Source: Alphaproteobacteria bacterium
Lineage (GTDB): Bacteria > Pseudomonadota > Alphaproteobacteria > Caedimonadales > UBA9215
NCBI GenBank assembly: GCA_009993885.1
Contig: JAACSN010000010.1
Location: 16,945 to 80,944 of the forward strand
Direction: 5' to 3'
Length of the DNA: 64,000 bases
This document shows, piece after piece, positions 18,511-28,418 of this stretch (the stretch's first letter is position 1; every line of letters begins with the position of its first letter). The notes under the pieces are model-generated. The model was not told the origin of the DNA, searched no databases, and was given only the letters and a program-made list of their open reading frames with translations. The position numbers were made by a program, and so were the translations under genes.

Positions 18511-18537
18511 CAATCCCCAGACTTTACACGGAGTTCA

Positions 18538-21500
18538 ATGGCCCTAGCCCACACCAGACTTAAGGTATTTTCACGTTCATCAAGGCGAACAGTTGGTTCT
18601 CTTGCCTATCGTGCAGGTGTGTGTTTGTTAGATAAAGAAACGGGCGAACTTCACGATTACAGCAAGAAACAAGTTCATTCCGTTGATTTATTGATTCCTG
18701 AAGATGCTCCACAGTGGGCACAGGATTTACAAAAGAAAATTGCTGAGAATCGAACAGCCGGCGTTCAAGAACTTTCCGATATCGCTGAAGCTGCCGAAAA
18801 AAGAAAAGACTCCCAAGTATATCGTGAATATGAGTTCTCTTTGCACCGTGAATTAACCGATGCTCAGAACAAAGAATTGGCTTTAAAGTTCCTTCAAGAA
18901 CAGTTCTGTTCCAGAGGGATGATGGTTAAAGCAAACTTTCATTTTGACGTTGATAAAGAGGGTAATAGAAAACCCCATTGTCATGCTGTGATGCTGACAA
19001 GGCGCCTTGAAGAACATGGTCCCTCCAAGTTGAAAGATCGGAGCTGGAATCATAAAGATCTAGCCACAGAATGGCGCAAAGAATTCTGTAATTATTCCAA
19101 TGAGGCTTTTAAAAAACTTGGCCTTGATATCGTGCTGGATCCCCGTACTTACGCAGAGCAAGGCATTAACATTGAACCCCAAACAAAACTGAGTCGAAAC
19201 ACCCTTGAAATCGAACAGCGTCATGGTGTAAATCCCAAAGATATTCTCTCCACACCGGTGACAACCAGAGGGCAAGATTTTCAACAAATCAGCTTGCGCA
19301 ACCTTTACAAAATCATCGATAACCCCAAGATCGTTTTGGAAGATATTTCAAAGCAACAAATGACTTTCATGTGGGGAGATGTTGTTAAGTTTTTGGCTCG
19401 TCATATTGATGACCAAGCCTTGTTTGAACGTGTGTGCTTAAAGCTTCAAAGCTCTGAAGAACTGGTTTGTGTTAAAGAAGGAGGCTCTTTATCCCAACGG
19501 GTCTTTACAACCAAGACACGCCTTGAGGAAGAAACACGCTTTGTTGAAAATGTTAGATCCTTAAAACATAGTCATACTCACAGCGTTGATCCTACTGTTG
19601 TTCAGTCTGTTATTGACTCAACCAACCACGCATTTCAAGAACGATCTAAAAAGCCTAAAGCCTCTTTATCCGATGATCAGGTACGCGCAATCCGTCACAT
19701 GGCTTCTTCAAATCAGCTCAGTTTTATAGAAGGCTATGCAGGGGCCGGTAAGACCACCGTGATGCGCGGCATGAAAGAAATCTGGGAAGCAAATGGTTAT
19801 AAAGTTTATGGACTTGCCCCGACAGGACGGGCAAGTGATAACCTTGCGGACTGTGGCATTAGCTCACAAACCGTTGATCGCTTTTTAAGATCCTATGAAC
19901 ATGGCCAAAACCAGCTCAACTCAAAGAGTATTCTTGTGCTCGATGAAGCAGGTATGGTGAGCAGTAAAAACTTTACGGCTCTTATTGAAGCCATAAAAGA
20001 ACTGGGTGTTAAGCTGGTGGCCTGTGGGGATCGAGGACAGCTCTCTCCCGTTGAAGCGGGGGCTCCTTTTAGGCTTGCCATTAATGAAATCGGCAAAGCA
20101 GATTTAACGACAGTTCTGCGCCAAAAAGTTCCCTGGCAATCACAGGCAACGTCTCTTTTCGGAGAAGGAAAAACAGAGGATGCTTTGCGCCTCTATGGTG
20201 AGCATGGGCGCATTAAAATTGTTGAGGAATCACTACCCGCAACTATTGTGGAACAATACAATATTTCCCGCCGTATTACGGGAAATATCGCTCACGAAAT
20301 GAATCAAGATATTGAGCGGGCGAAAGAACACGGCGAAGAGCTTCCTTTCAAAAAACATCATGACTATGGCTTATTCATAGACTGGAAGAACACTAGAGAC
20401 ACCTGCACAAAAGAAATCTTTCAGAACATAAAAACCTACAAAGACGTTATGAAAGAAATGGGTGTTGATGGTGTTGATTTCTGTAACAAGGTTATTAACC
20501 ACCCTCAAAAAATAACTCAAGAGTACGACAAATACCGCCTCGCCAAGAAACTTGAGGTAGATTGGCGTATTGATGTTACCCATACCTGTGATCCTCGCCT
20601 TGAAACCAAAAAAGAGCTTATAAGCGATTGGTTTAAATCCACCCAAGATCATCCAGAGGCAAAGCAAGCCATGATGGCTTATAGCAACAGGGATGTGCTT
20701 CACCTCAACATGATGGCCCGCCAGCTTAAAAAAGAATCTGGTGAAATTGGAAAAGACGAATTTACCTATACCATCGAGCGTAATGATGGCGAGGAACTAG
20801 GGACACGTAAAATTATCCTTGAAGAACGAACCTTTAGTAAAGGGGATCAAATTGTCTTCACAGAAAACAATACAGGCCTTGGGGTAAGAAATGGTACCTT
20901 GGGGCAAATCACGTCTCTGGATAAATCAAAGATCACAGCAACCTTTAAAGAAGAAGGCGTTGAGAAAGAGGTTTCCTTCTCTCCAAATCTTTATAAGCGA
21001 TTTGATAACGGTTGGGCTCTGACCATTCATAAAAACCAAGGGGCTACTGTTGATCTGGCATTTAAGCTCGCTAGTTTTGAAGAATATAAAAACTTAAGTT
21101 ATGTCGGTATGACCCGCCATGAAAAAGACGCTAAACTTTACGGATCCGATTTCGATTTCTACCGTGATGAAAAAATATATGATCGCTTGGGGCGCCACCA
21201 GGACAAATTGTCTTCTTTGGATTATCTCAGCCCTGAGGATTCTGAAAAGCTGCTCAAGTCCGAAAGAGATCGGCTCAATAAGACCTTTGAGGCTGTTGGT
21301 CGTAAGCTTGAAGCTGTTGGTTATGTGGGCGGCAGAGCATGGGGGCAGCTCTGCGACAAGTTCCTAGGGAGAACCCCAGAGAGTAACCTCATTAGAGTTG
21401 ACTACGAAGCCCTTCATTACCATAAGACAGAAGCCACCAGAGCCGATGAGGTTCTTCGAGGCATTAAATATGATGACTCTATCCTGTCTCGTGATGTTAT

Positions 21501-23637
21501 TCTCAAATTTGACGATCAAATTGAGGTGAAGAAAACAGAAGCTCCAGAGACGAAAGAGAAGCAGGAGACACTAGAAAAGCAAGTTGAAGCAGTCGTACCT
21601 ATATCTCCATTTGCTTCAGCATCAAAGAAAGCTGTTCAGCCTAAAGAAGAGCTGCCTACCACTAGCCCTCCAGTGGAGCCGGTTGTTGATACTATAGTTT
21701 CTGAGCCAGACAAAAAGACAGCTCCTGAGGCAGGAGAAAACAGAAAAGCGGATGTGCCCAAAGCTGAACAAACTGTTGTTGAGACTCCACTCAAACAACA
21801 AAAACAACGGCCAGACCGCAAGCAGAAACTACCCACGCAAGACTTCCAAAAGCTTATAAGAGATGTCGAAGGGGCCATCCGCATTGAAGATCTAGCAAAG
21901 GATGTTTTAGGGGCTCGAAATCTTAACACCAGCTTATCTAATTCTTCCCAACTAAGGTTTGGGCGTCAGGGAAGTTTGTCTATTGAGTTAAAGGGGCAAT
22001 ATGCAGGTTCTTGGAAAAACTGGGAAAATGATGAAAAAGGCGGCCCCTTAAAGCTCATTCAAAATGAAAAAGGATTAGATTTTAATGCGTCTCTTGCCTT
22101 TGCATCAAACTACTGCCGAGGAAGTATTGCAAAGGATATTGATAATTTCTTAAAGGGCAAAAAAGGGCGAGAGCTTTCTCCTGCTGAACGTAAAGCTCAA
22201 GAAGCAGCCTATAAAGCAGAATGCCTTAAACAAGAAGCAGAAACACTGCGTATTAGTGATGCAAAAGTTCAAGACATCCAAGCACTCGTTGCAAAGGCTC
22301 ATCCCCTTACGGGTACGCCCGCAGAAACTTATTTGCGAAAAGAACGCGGCATTCAAGGTGATCTACCAGAGTCCTTAAGGTACCTAGCGCCAAAAACCTC
22401 ATTTTCCTATAAAGGAAAAAGCATCCCAATAAAAAGTGGTGCGCTACTATCGGTTGCAACGGATCGTCACGGTGTGATTAAAGCTATTCAAATAACTCAG
22501 CTCACAGAAGATGGAAAAAAAGCTGTTGGATTTGATGGGGCTAAGCTACCAAAAAGAACCTATGGCGTTCAAAAAAGCTCTTTTGTAGAGCTTCAAAAAG
22601 GAAGTCTTAAAGATCCTATCATTCTATCTGAAGGCATTGAAACAGCGCTCTCGGTGAAAGAAACAGGAATTAAAGGAAGAATTTTGTGCTCCCTTGGAAC
22701 CTCTAATGTCGGTAATCTTGACGTGAAAGGTCGAGATATTGTTATCGCAGCAGATTGGGATGGCAGCTTTGAAGTGCAATCTTGGAAAGCAACAGAGAAA
22801 GCTAGGGTAGGTCTTGAAGCTAAAGGAAATGCTGTTTCTTATATTCTGCCCATAAAAGATCCATGGAAAACGCCAGAATTGACCTCCGAGTTAAGAAATG
22901 GAAAACTGGATTTTAACGATCTCTTAAAACAAGAAGGTGTAAACTCAGTAATAGATCGTGTATCAGATCGACTCCCCGGGGTTATTGGCACGATGTCATC
23001 CTCTAGGGAACTTCAAATTAAGGATTCCAATGAAAGACAAGAAAGTAATCCCCTTTCCGAAAAACAATCTACTGACCCTCGGGTTAACCTGTCAGCAGAT
23101 CACGCCAAGGACCCGGATCAGCTTTTGGCGCAAATGGACAAAGCAACTTCTCAAGAAGCGGCCTTAAAAGGCAATATCCTCGCTTACTTTGAGCAGGAAC
23201 TTTCGAAACCAGAAAATAGAAACTGGAACAAAGAACACGTCCTAGAGGACGTTCAGAAGAACCCTCTTGATGCCCTTAGCTGGTGGCATAAAGACTGTGG
23301 CGGCAGTGCGTTCGACCCTAACAAATCTCTGAATGATCAGCCTTCTAATTCACAGACTGGCAGCTCTTTGGACGATTCCCTAAAAATCCCTGAGGATGAT
23401 TTTGCAAAAGACTTCGCCAAAGAGCTTAAAATTTTGGATGACAGCATCGAACGCGTTTCTCATGAGCAAGGTTACCAAGGTGCTTTTGCCAATTATACCC
23501 AACAAAGAGAAAACCTTCTAAAGGGCCTTGATGGTGCTAAAATAGAAGAACTCAAAGCACACGAACCAGAGCTAGCTCATCGCATTGAAGAATGGCAAAC
23601 CTTAGAAAAAATTCGTGAGATAGGCTTAGGATTATAG
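18538..23637 (+). CDS. traA: Ti-type TraA: MobA/MobL (MOBQ) relaxase, RecD/TraA-like helicase and C-terminal primase-associated/Toprim domain
   Basis: Start trimmed to the ATG at 18538 (GGAG RBS; MALAHTRLKVFSRS...SLAYRAG with the relaxase Tyr). His motif HFDVDKEGNRKPHCHAVM. Walker A GYAGAGKTT (nt ~19732) and Walker B VLDEAG. C-terminal LRFGRQGSLSIELKGQYAGSWKNWENDEKGGPLKLI, then Toprim ILSEGIETALS ... IAADWDG (nt ~21860-22940). Confidence 0.9.
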   Translation: MALAHTRLKVFSRSSRRTVGSLAYRAGVCLLDKETGELHDYSKKQVHSVDLLIPEDAPQWAQDLQKKIAENRTAGVQELSDIAEAAEKRKDSQVYREYEFSLHRELTDAQNKELALKFLQEQFCSRGMMVKANFHFDVDKEGNRKPHCHAVMLTRRLEEHGPSKLKDRSWNHKDLATEWRKEFCNYSNEAFKKLGLDIVLDPRTYAEQGINIEPQTKLSRNTLEIEQRHGVNPKDILSTPVTTRGQDFQQISLRNLYKIIDNPKIVLEDISKQQMTFMWGDVVKFLARHIDDQALFERVCLKLQSSEELVCVKEGGSLSQRVFTTKTRLEEETRFVENVRSLKHSHTHSVDPTVVQSVIDSTNHAFQERSKKPKASLSDDQVRAIRHMASSNQLSFIEGYAGAGKTTVMRGMKEIWEANGYKVYGLAPTGRASDNLADCGISSQTVDRFLRSYEHGQNQLNSKSILVLDEAGMVSSKNFTALIEAIKELGVKLVACGDRGQLSPVEAGAPFRLAINEIGKADLTTVLRQKVPWQSQATSLFGEGKTEDALRLYGEHGRIKIVEESLPATIVEQYNISRRITGNIAHEMNQDIERAKEHGEELPFKKHHDYGLFIDWKNTRDTCTKEIFQNIKTYKDVMKEMGVDGVDFCNKVINHPQKITQEYDKYRLAKKLEVDWRIDVTHTCDPRLETKKELISDWFKSTQDHPEAKQAMMAYSNRDVLHLNMMARQLKKESGEIGKDEFTYTIERNDGEELGTRKIILEERTFSKGDQIVFTENNTGLGVRNGTLGQITSLDKSKITATFKEEGVEKEVSFSPNLYKRFDNGWALTIHKNQGATVDLAFKLASFEEYKNLSYVGMTRHEKDAKLYGSDFDFYRDEKIYDRLGRHQDKLSSLDYLSPEDSEKLLKSERDRLNKTFEAVGRKLEAVGYVGGRAWGQLCDKFLGRTPESNLIRVDYEALHYHKTEATRADEVLRGIKYDDSILSRDVILKFDDQIEVKKTEAPETKEKQETLEKQVEAVVPISPFASASKKAVQPKEELPTTSPPVEPVVDTIVSEPDKKTAPEAGENRKADVPKAEQTVVETPLKQQKQRPDRKQKLPTQDFQKLIRDVEGAIRIEDLAKDVLGARNLNTSLSNSSQLRFGRQGSLSIELKGQYAGSWKNWENDEKGGPLKLIQNEKGLDFNASLAFASNYCRGSIAKDIDNFLKGKKGRELSPAERKAQEAAYKAECLKQEAETLRISDAKVQDIQALVAKAHPLTGTPAETYLRKERGIQGDLPESLRYLAPKTSFSYKGKSIPIKSGALLSVATDRHGVIKAIQITQLTEDGKKAVGFDGAKLPKRTYGVQKSSFVELQKGSLKDPIILSEGIETALSVKETGIKGRILCSLGTSNVGNLDVKGRDIVIAADWDGSFEVQSWKATEKARVGLEAKGNAVSYILPIKDPWKTPELTSELRNGKLDFNDLLKQEGVNSVIDRVSDRLPGVIGTMSSSRELQIKDSNERQESNPLSEKQSTDPRVNLSADHAKDPDQLLAQMDKATSQEAALKGNILAYFEQELSKPENRNWNKEHVLEDVQKNPLDALSWWHKDCGGSAFDPNKSLNDQPSNSQTGSSLDDSLKIPEDDFAKDFAKELKILDDSIERVSHEQGYQGAFANYTQQRENLLKGLDGAKIEELKAHEPELAHRIEEWQTLEKIREIGLGL

Positions 23638-23778
23638 ATATCAATCTTTATGCTGTATACGTTTTCGCATTTCTTTTTTGTAGTCTTGTTGGCACATTTT
23701 GTCAAAAAACAATTATCTTGACGGTGCCCCCAGACAGCAGCTTATGATAACTTATAGAAAAATTGAAAAGAATATTAA

Positions 23779-26700
23779 ATGGTGAGAAGACTCTATTTCC
23801 AAAAATCAATTAAGGAGCTTGAAGATATTTTTGCACGGAAAAGTAGTGATTGTAATGTACTTGCCGACCTAAAAAGCGAGCTAGAGTTTCGAAACACCAA
23901 AAGAGCACTGTCGCTGAAGGTTAAAGTGATTGATATGCTTCAAAGCCTCAAAAAGGCAGTACCAAAAGGAGAAACATGGCATATCTCTGAAAAGCCAGCA
24001 CAAATGACCATAGAACATCCATCGACAGAGCCAACGAGTCCTGAAGTCAAAAGAACTACTTTAAAGCGCAATGATTTTGGTCCCAAACCAGCCATGGAAA
24101 ATGCCCCTTCAGATATACTTCAAGCATGGACTGCCCTCGAAGTACTGTCTCCGCAAGGCTACAAGAATGAAGCGGACTTAGCTGCTGGTGATAAATCTAG
24201 AATCGCACGTTTCGATGAAAGAGACCTACCTTGGAAGCTGGGCGAAAGATCGCGACCGAAGAAGCGACTTTATTACGAACTCATTTTAGGTTCTATCGCT
24301 CTTGCTCCTGCCGTTGAAGAACTCCTGAAACTCTACTCCGATGATAGACCAGATAAGCCAAGCATGAAAGGCTTTTGCCCGATTGCTACCATACTGCTAG
24401 ACAAGGAGGGTAGACCACTAGAGGAAGAAACCTCAGCTGCAATATCAAGTTTTGCATGGGGGGTGCCTATCGCTTTGCAAGGCGATTTGAAAAGCCTTGC
24501 TGATTGGCCACAAAAAGAAAAGCAAATCCTATCTACCTTTCGGAAGCATCTTATTAGGCGGGATAGCAATAACGAAATTATCCCTCTTACGAAAAGCCAT
24601 ATCACAGAGTTGTTTGATCATCTCGTTGCCGCTTTGAGTCTCGTAGGCCATGAGATAAAAGCTCCATACTTCGCATTGCGTCGCTTTGAATATTTTGCTA
24701 GCAAGACTCCGCCCGAGCCAGGACTGCTGAACTCGTTTTTTCTTGAAGATCTTTCACTCGCTCTAACATTGCACAACAATAATAATCTCCCACATGCCCT
24801 TAAGCATTATCTGGGAGTCTCCAGCCCCTTACAGCAAACGGACTTGCTGAAAGATGACGCAGGCTTGCAGCAATTACTACAGCCAGCTTATACGCCACTT
24901 GGAAGATGGCCCGGAAATGGACGCCATCCTCTCGCATTGCTTCAACAAGCAGCAGTCAACGCTTCAGATAAACGACTGTTGGACACCGGAATTTTGGCTG
25001 TGAATGGCCCGCCAGGTACAGGTAAAACTACACTGCTTCGGGACGTTGTGGCCGCGCGGCTAATTGAACGTGCAATGGTGATGAGCGAGTTCAAAAGGCC
25101 ATCTAGCGCATTTATCCCAACAAACCAAAGCTTCCAAAGAAGCGGAGCAAAGATTGTGCTTCACAAGTTAGATGATCGACTCAAAGGCTTTGAGATGGTG
25201 GTCGCATCATCCAACAATAAAGCGGTGGAAAACGTAAGTGCTGAGCTGCCTGCATTGGAAGCTATTGCACAAGATGCGACCAGCCTTCGGTATTTCAAAA
25301 GCATCTCAGATAAGATTCTTGGGCGTGAAAGCTGGGGTACAATCGCAGCTGTACTTGGCAACTCTTCTAATCGATACCTGTTTTCGCAGGCTTTCTGGCG
25401 CGACGAAGAGAACGGGCTTTCTACCTATCTTAATCACGCAAGTGGACTGCCACAGACTGTTTCGGAACTACAGGAAAATGGTCCGTCGATAATACGTAAC
25501 CGTGAAATCATAGATAGTGAACATCCTCCTGCGAACGCGCGCGAAGCACTGGTACGTTGGGAAACGGCGCGTGCAGATTTTCTCGGTGCGCACAAAGCAT
25601 CGACAGAGTCTCAAAAAACTCTTCAAGCCATTCACAAAAACCTTATTTTTCTAGCAAGGATCATTGCTGAGATGGAGGTTCTGGAAAAACAAATCGCATT
25701 ATCTGAAGAAGAAGCAAAAAGCCTTTCACCTTCGATTGCGGATGCGCAGGAACAGCTAGAGTGCGCAGATAAAGCACTCAAAGAAAGCGAACGAGCTCAG
25801 AAAAACAACCTTGTGCACCGTCCAGCTTTCTTTGCTCGCCTGTTTCGAACAGGGCAATTCAAATACTGGCGATCTCACCATGATGAGCTTTCAACGACTG
25901 CGCTCAAAGATAAAAATATAGCCGTATCGTACAAATTAGAGCTCGAAGAACTTCGAGCAAAATTATCAGAGAGGCATCGATCTATTGCCGAAGCAAAAGC
26001 TCAGCTTACAAGCCTCGAATCTGAAAAGACGAACCTGGAAGAAAAAATTGAAAGTGCTAAGGCTGATCTGGGCATCCCTATCCCTGATGCAGATTTTTTC
26101 GCTCTGGATCATGAAAATATCCAGATGGCCAATGTATGGTTTAACGCCGCTGAGCATCAATTGCGTGATCGGGTTTTCGAAACGGCCATTGCTTTGCACC
26201 GTGCATTCATCGACTGTGCGGCTGATCCGCTCAGACAGAATTTATCTATCTTCACAGAGAGTTTTTGTACACGCTCCTTTGGCACGTCGCAAAAGGATGA
26301 TCTGATTGCTGATTTGTGGTCGTCATTCTTCCTTGTCGTGCCAGTGGTCTCGACAACTTTTGCATCTGTCCACAGGATGTTTTCACGTCTACCCTCCGAA
26401 GCGCTTGGCTGGTTGTTGGTTGATGAAGCCGGTCAAGCCCTTCCTCAAGCTGCGGTCGGCGCGATGATACGAACAAAAAGATCAGTTGTAGTGGGTGACC
26501 CGTTGCAGATCGAGCCAGTAGTGACCCTTCCCAGAACCTTAACCGAAGAAGTTTGCAGGTTTTTCGGGATTGATCCTTTGAAGTACAATGCGCCCGACGC
26601 ATCGGTGCAGACGGTAGCAGATGCTTCGAGCATGTACTGCGCAAGATTTCCGATAGGAAGCGGGCATAGGGATGTGGGTGCTCCACTTCTTGTGCATCGC

Positions 26701-27279
26701 CGCTGCGAAAGTCCCATGTTCGATATCTCTAACGAAATTGCCTACGCAAACCTTATGGTGCAGGCGAAAAAACCAACCTCTGCGCATTCAATTCTAGGGT
26801 TTTCATGTTGGATAGATGTTGTGGGTAAGCCTGGGCCGGATAAATGGTGTGCTGATGAGGCAGTTGTCCTCATAGACATGCTTCGTAAACTTCGAGGTTC
26901 TGGGGCTAGATCTGATCTCTACATCGTGACACCATTTGTAATTGTGCAGAATAATCTCAGGCAAGAATTGCTCAAAAGCGGCGTTTTGGAGGGCTGGACG
27001 AAAAACCCCAAGGCATGGGTCTGGGAGCATGTTGGTACGGTCCACACCGTACAAGGACGGGAAGCTGAAATTGTCTTTTTCGTCCTTGGTGCCCAAGGTT
27101 CCTCACAAAATGGTGCGCGTGGATGGGCGGGTGGCAGGCCAAATCTCGTAAATGTAGCAGTAACTCGTGCGAAAGCTTCATTGTTTGTGATTGGTAACCG
27201 TCAGCTTTGGAAATCATCAGGGGTGTTCTCCGTGCTAGCCCGATTCTTACCTGAATCTTCGAAAGGTGGCGTGTCCTGA
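23779..27279 (+). CDS. Large SF1 (UPF1/DNA2-like) helicase with ~400-aa unknown N-terminal domain and coiled-coil insertion
   Basis: Motif I GPPGTGKTT (aa 410), Ia VVASSNNKAVENV, II LLVDEAGQA (aa ~880), VVVGDPLQIEP, VHTVQGREAEIVFF, NVAVTRAKASLFVIG. Heptad-rich aa ~600-770 between motifs Ia and II. Confidence 0.85.
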   Translation: MVRRLYFQKSIKELEDIFARKSSDCNVLADLKSELEFRNTKRALSLKVKVIDMLQSLKKAVPKGETWHISEKPAQMTIEHPSTEPTSPEVKRTTLKRNDFGPKPAMENAPSDILQAWTALEVLSPQGYKNEADLAAGDKSRIARFDERDLPWKLGERSRPKKRLYYELILGSIALAPAVEELLKLYSDDRPDKPSMKGFCPIATILLDKEGRPLEEETSAAISSFAWGVPIALQGDLKSLADWPQKEKQILSTFRKHLIRRDSNNEIIPLTKSHITELFDHLVAALSLVGHEIKAPYFALRRFEYFASKTPPEPGLLNSFFLEDLSLALTLHNNNNLPHALKHYLGVSSPLQQTDLLKDDAGLQQLLQPAYTPLGRWPGNGRHPLALLQQAAVNASDKRLLDTGILAVNGPPGTGKTTLLRDVVAARLIERAMVMSEFKRPSSAFIPTNQSFQRSGAKIVLHKLDDRLKGFEMVVASSNNKAVENVSAELPALEAIAQDATSLRYFKSISDKILGRESWGTIAAVLGNSSNRYLFSQAFWRDEENGLSTYLNHASGLPQTVSELQENGPSIIRNREIIDSEHPPANAREALVRWETARADFLGAHKASTESQKTLQAIHKNLIFLARIIAEMEVLEKQIALSEEEAKSLSPSIADAQEQLECADKALKESERAQKNNLVHRPAFFARLFRTGQFKYWRSHHDELSTTALKDKNIAVSYKLELEELRAKLSERHRSIAEAKAQLTSLESEKTNLEEKIESAKADLGIPIPDADFFALDHENIQMANVWFNAAEHQLRDRVFETAIALHRAFIDCAADPLRQNLSIFTESFCTRSFGTSQKDDLIADLWSSFFLVVPVVSTTFASVHRMFSRLPSEALGWLLVDEAGQALPQAAVGAMIRTKRSVVVGDPLQIEPVVTLPRTLTEEVCRFFGIDPLKYNAPDASVQTVADASSMYCARFPIGSGHRDVGAPLLVHRRCESPMFDISNEIAYANLMVQAKKPTSAHSILGFSCWIDVVGKPGPDKWCADEAVVLIDMLRKLRGSGARSDLYIVTPFVIVQNNLRQELLKSGVLEGWTKNPKAWVWEHVGTVHTVQGREAEIVFFVLGAQGSSQNGARGWAGGRPNLVNVAVTRAKASLFVIGNRQLWKSSGVFSVLARFLPESSKGGVS

Positions 27280-27303
27280 TGTTGGTCTCGTCGTATTCTT
27301 TCT

Positions 27304-27435
27304 GCCAAAGAGCTTAAAATTTTGGATGACAGCATCTAGCGCGTTTCTCATAAGAAAGATTACCAAGGCGTCCTCGCTAACTATACCCATCAAAACCAGC
27401 AAGCACAAACCCGTGGTGCTGAGTTAAAGTTTTAA
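27304..27435 (+). pseudogene. Degenerate extra copy (tail 2) of the traA 3' end
   Basis: 27304-27336 is identical to 23416-23448. Translation AKELKILDDSI*RVSHKKDYQGVLANYTHQNQQAQTRGAELKF* versus the TraA C-terminus AKELKILDDSIERVSHEQGYQGAFANYTQQ...; it has an internal deletion and an in-frame stop. Confidence 0.75.
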
Positions 27436-27559
27436 AGATCTAAATGAATTAGAGTTTAGCGCAAAGTTAAATCATGAACGCCAGAATAAGAAAAGTTTGG
27501 ACTAAGAGCTTGTCTTTAAAAAAGTGTTCAAGTTTGCCTGGGGTATCAACGCTAAATAT

Positions 27560-27587
27560 TTGACTTTTCCTTCCTTTAAATTATCAT
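27560..27587 (+). promoter_or_regulatory. Possible sigma70-type promoter for the 27612 gene
   Basis: TTGACT, 16-nt spacer, TATCAT, about 25 nt upstream of the ATG. Confidence 0.3.
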
Positions 27588-27611
27588 CTACATAAAAAAG
27601 AAGAATTTATT

Positions 27612-28418
27612 ATGGTTTCAAACAATCAAAATCAATCTAATTTAAATGAAAATTCCTTATATTTTCTTAATGAAAGGCTCGTCGCTGACGCATTCTGGGG
27701 TTTTGTTTATAAAAATAGCTTGAAAAAAACAGGTTTCCCCGAAAATATAAAAGACATCCCTAAAGATTTATGGTCACGTGAGCGTATAATTGATTTATTA
27801 AAAGAATATAAAATTACATTAAAAGCAGAGGGCGACCTAGAGGAGCTTATTGAGTCCATATATTTAGTAGGTTCTAATATAATTACTAAACATATGAAAG
27901 AAGGAAAAAACATAATAGGGCCTGTATATGTTGAGGACTTTAAAGAGTGCAAAGATCCATTTTTTAATTTTTCTCACCTTGTAAATCGGCTTAAAAGCGA
28001 CTCAAACGAAAACTGTGACTATTTACTGAAATTAAATGGTGACTATGAGCTATCAGGAGATTTCCTTTTGAGAACTCCATTACCCTCTGTGGTGCTATTA
28101 AAAGAAGAGCCTAAAAAAAAGATTAATATCATAATCCCAAATACAGAAAAGGCGTTAGGGTATCAGAAAACTCTTATTTTACCGATGCAAGAGTTATCAA
28201 CATTACCAAATAATAAAGAGGGGTATAAATACTTTGCAACAGGTATCTTTCATATTCCAACACAAATCCCTCATGATAAGTATTGGGCGAAATTAATTCC
28301 AAACAGTTTGTGCTTTTTAGAAGCCTTTAATGCAATCATAGCAAAAGGACAAATTGTGAAGAAAAAAAAGAAGAAAGACTTTTTTAAGAACGCTTTTTCA
28401 AGATTTTTTAAAAAATGA
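27612..28418 (+). CDS. Hypothetical protein (268 aa), visibly more AT-rich than its neighbours, Lys-rich tail
   Basis: Clean ORF with ATG start. No recognisable motif. Sits between two traA-tail remnants. Confidence 0.55.
   Translation: MVSNNQNQSNLNENSLYFLNERLVADAFWGFVYKNSLKKTGFPENIKDIPKDLWSRERIIDLLKEYKITLKAEGDLEELIESIYLVGSNIITKHMKEGKNIIGPVYVEDFKECKDPFFNFSHLVNRLKSDSNENCDYLLKLNGDYELSGDFLLRTPLPSVVLLKEEPKKKINIIIPNTEKALGYQKTLILPMQELSTLPNNKEGYKYFATGIFHIPTQIPHDKYWAKLIPNSLCFLEAFNAIIAKGQIVKKKKKKDFFKNAFSRFFKK

Noticed and set aside
18442-18537. First 32 codons of the traA ORF
   Set aside because: They would run through the inverted repeats of the candidate oriT. The ATG at 18538 has a GGAG RBS and yields the typical MobA/MobL N-terminus.
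24333-27217. Multiple 66-144-aa ORFs overlapping the helicase gene on both strands (e.g. 26252-26686, 25985-26305)
   Set aside because: Shadow ORFs in a slightly GC-richer gene. They have no RBS or motifs, while the helicase frame carries all the SF1 motifs.
28355-28380. A-rich tract (A8 plus AAGAAGAAA) near the 3' end of the orphan ORF as a programmed frameshift or phase-variation site
   Set aside because: It simply encodes the Lys-rich tail. No alternative frame of useful length follows it.
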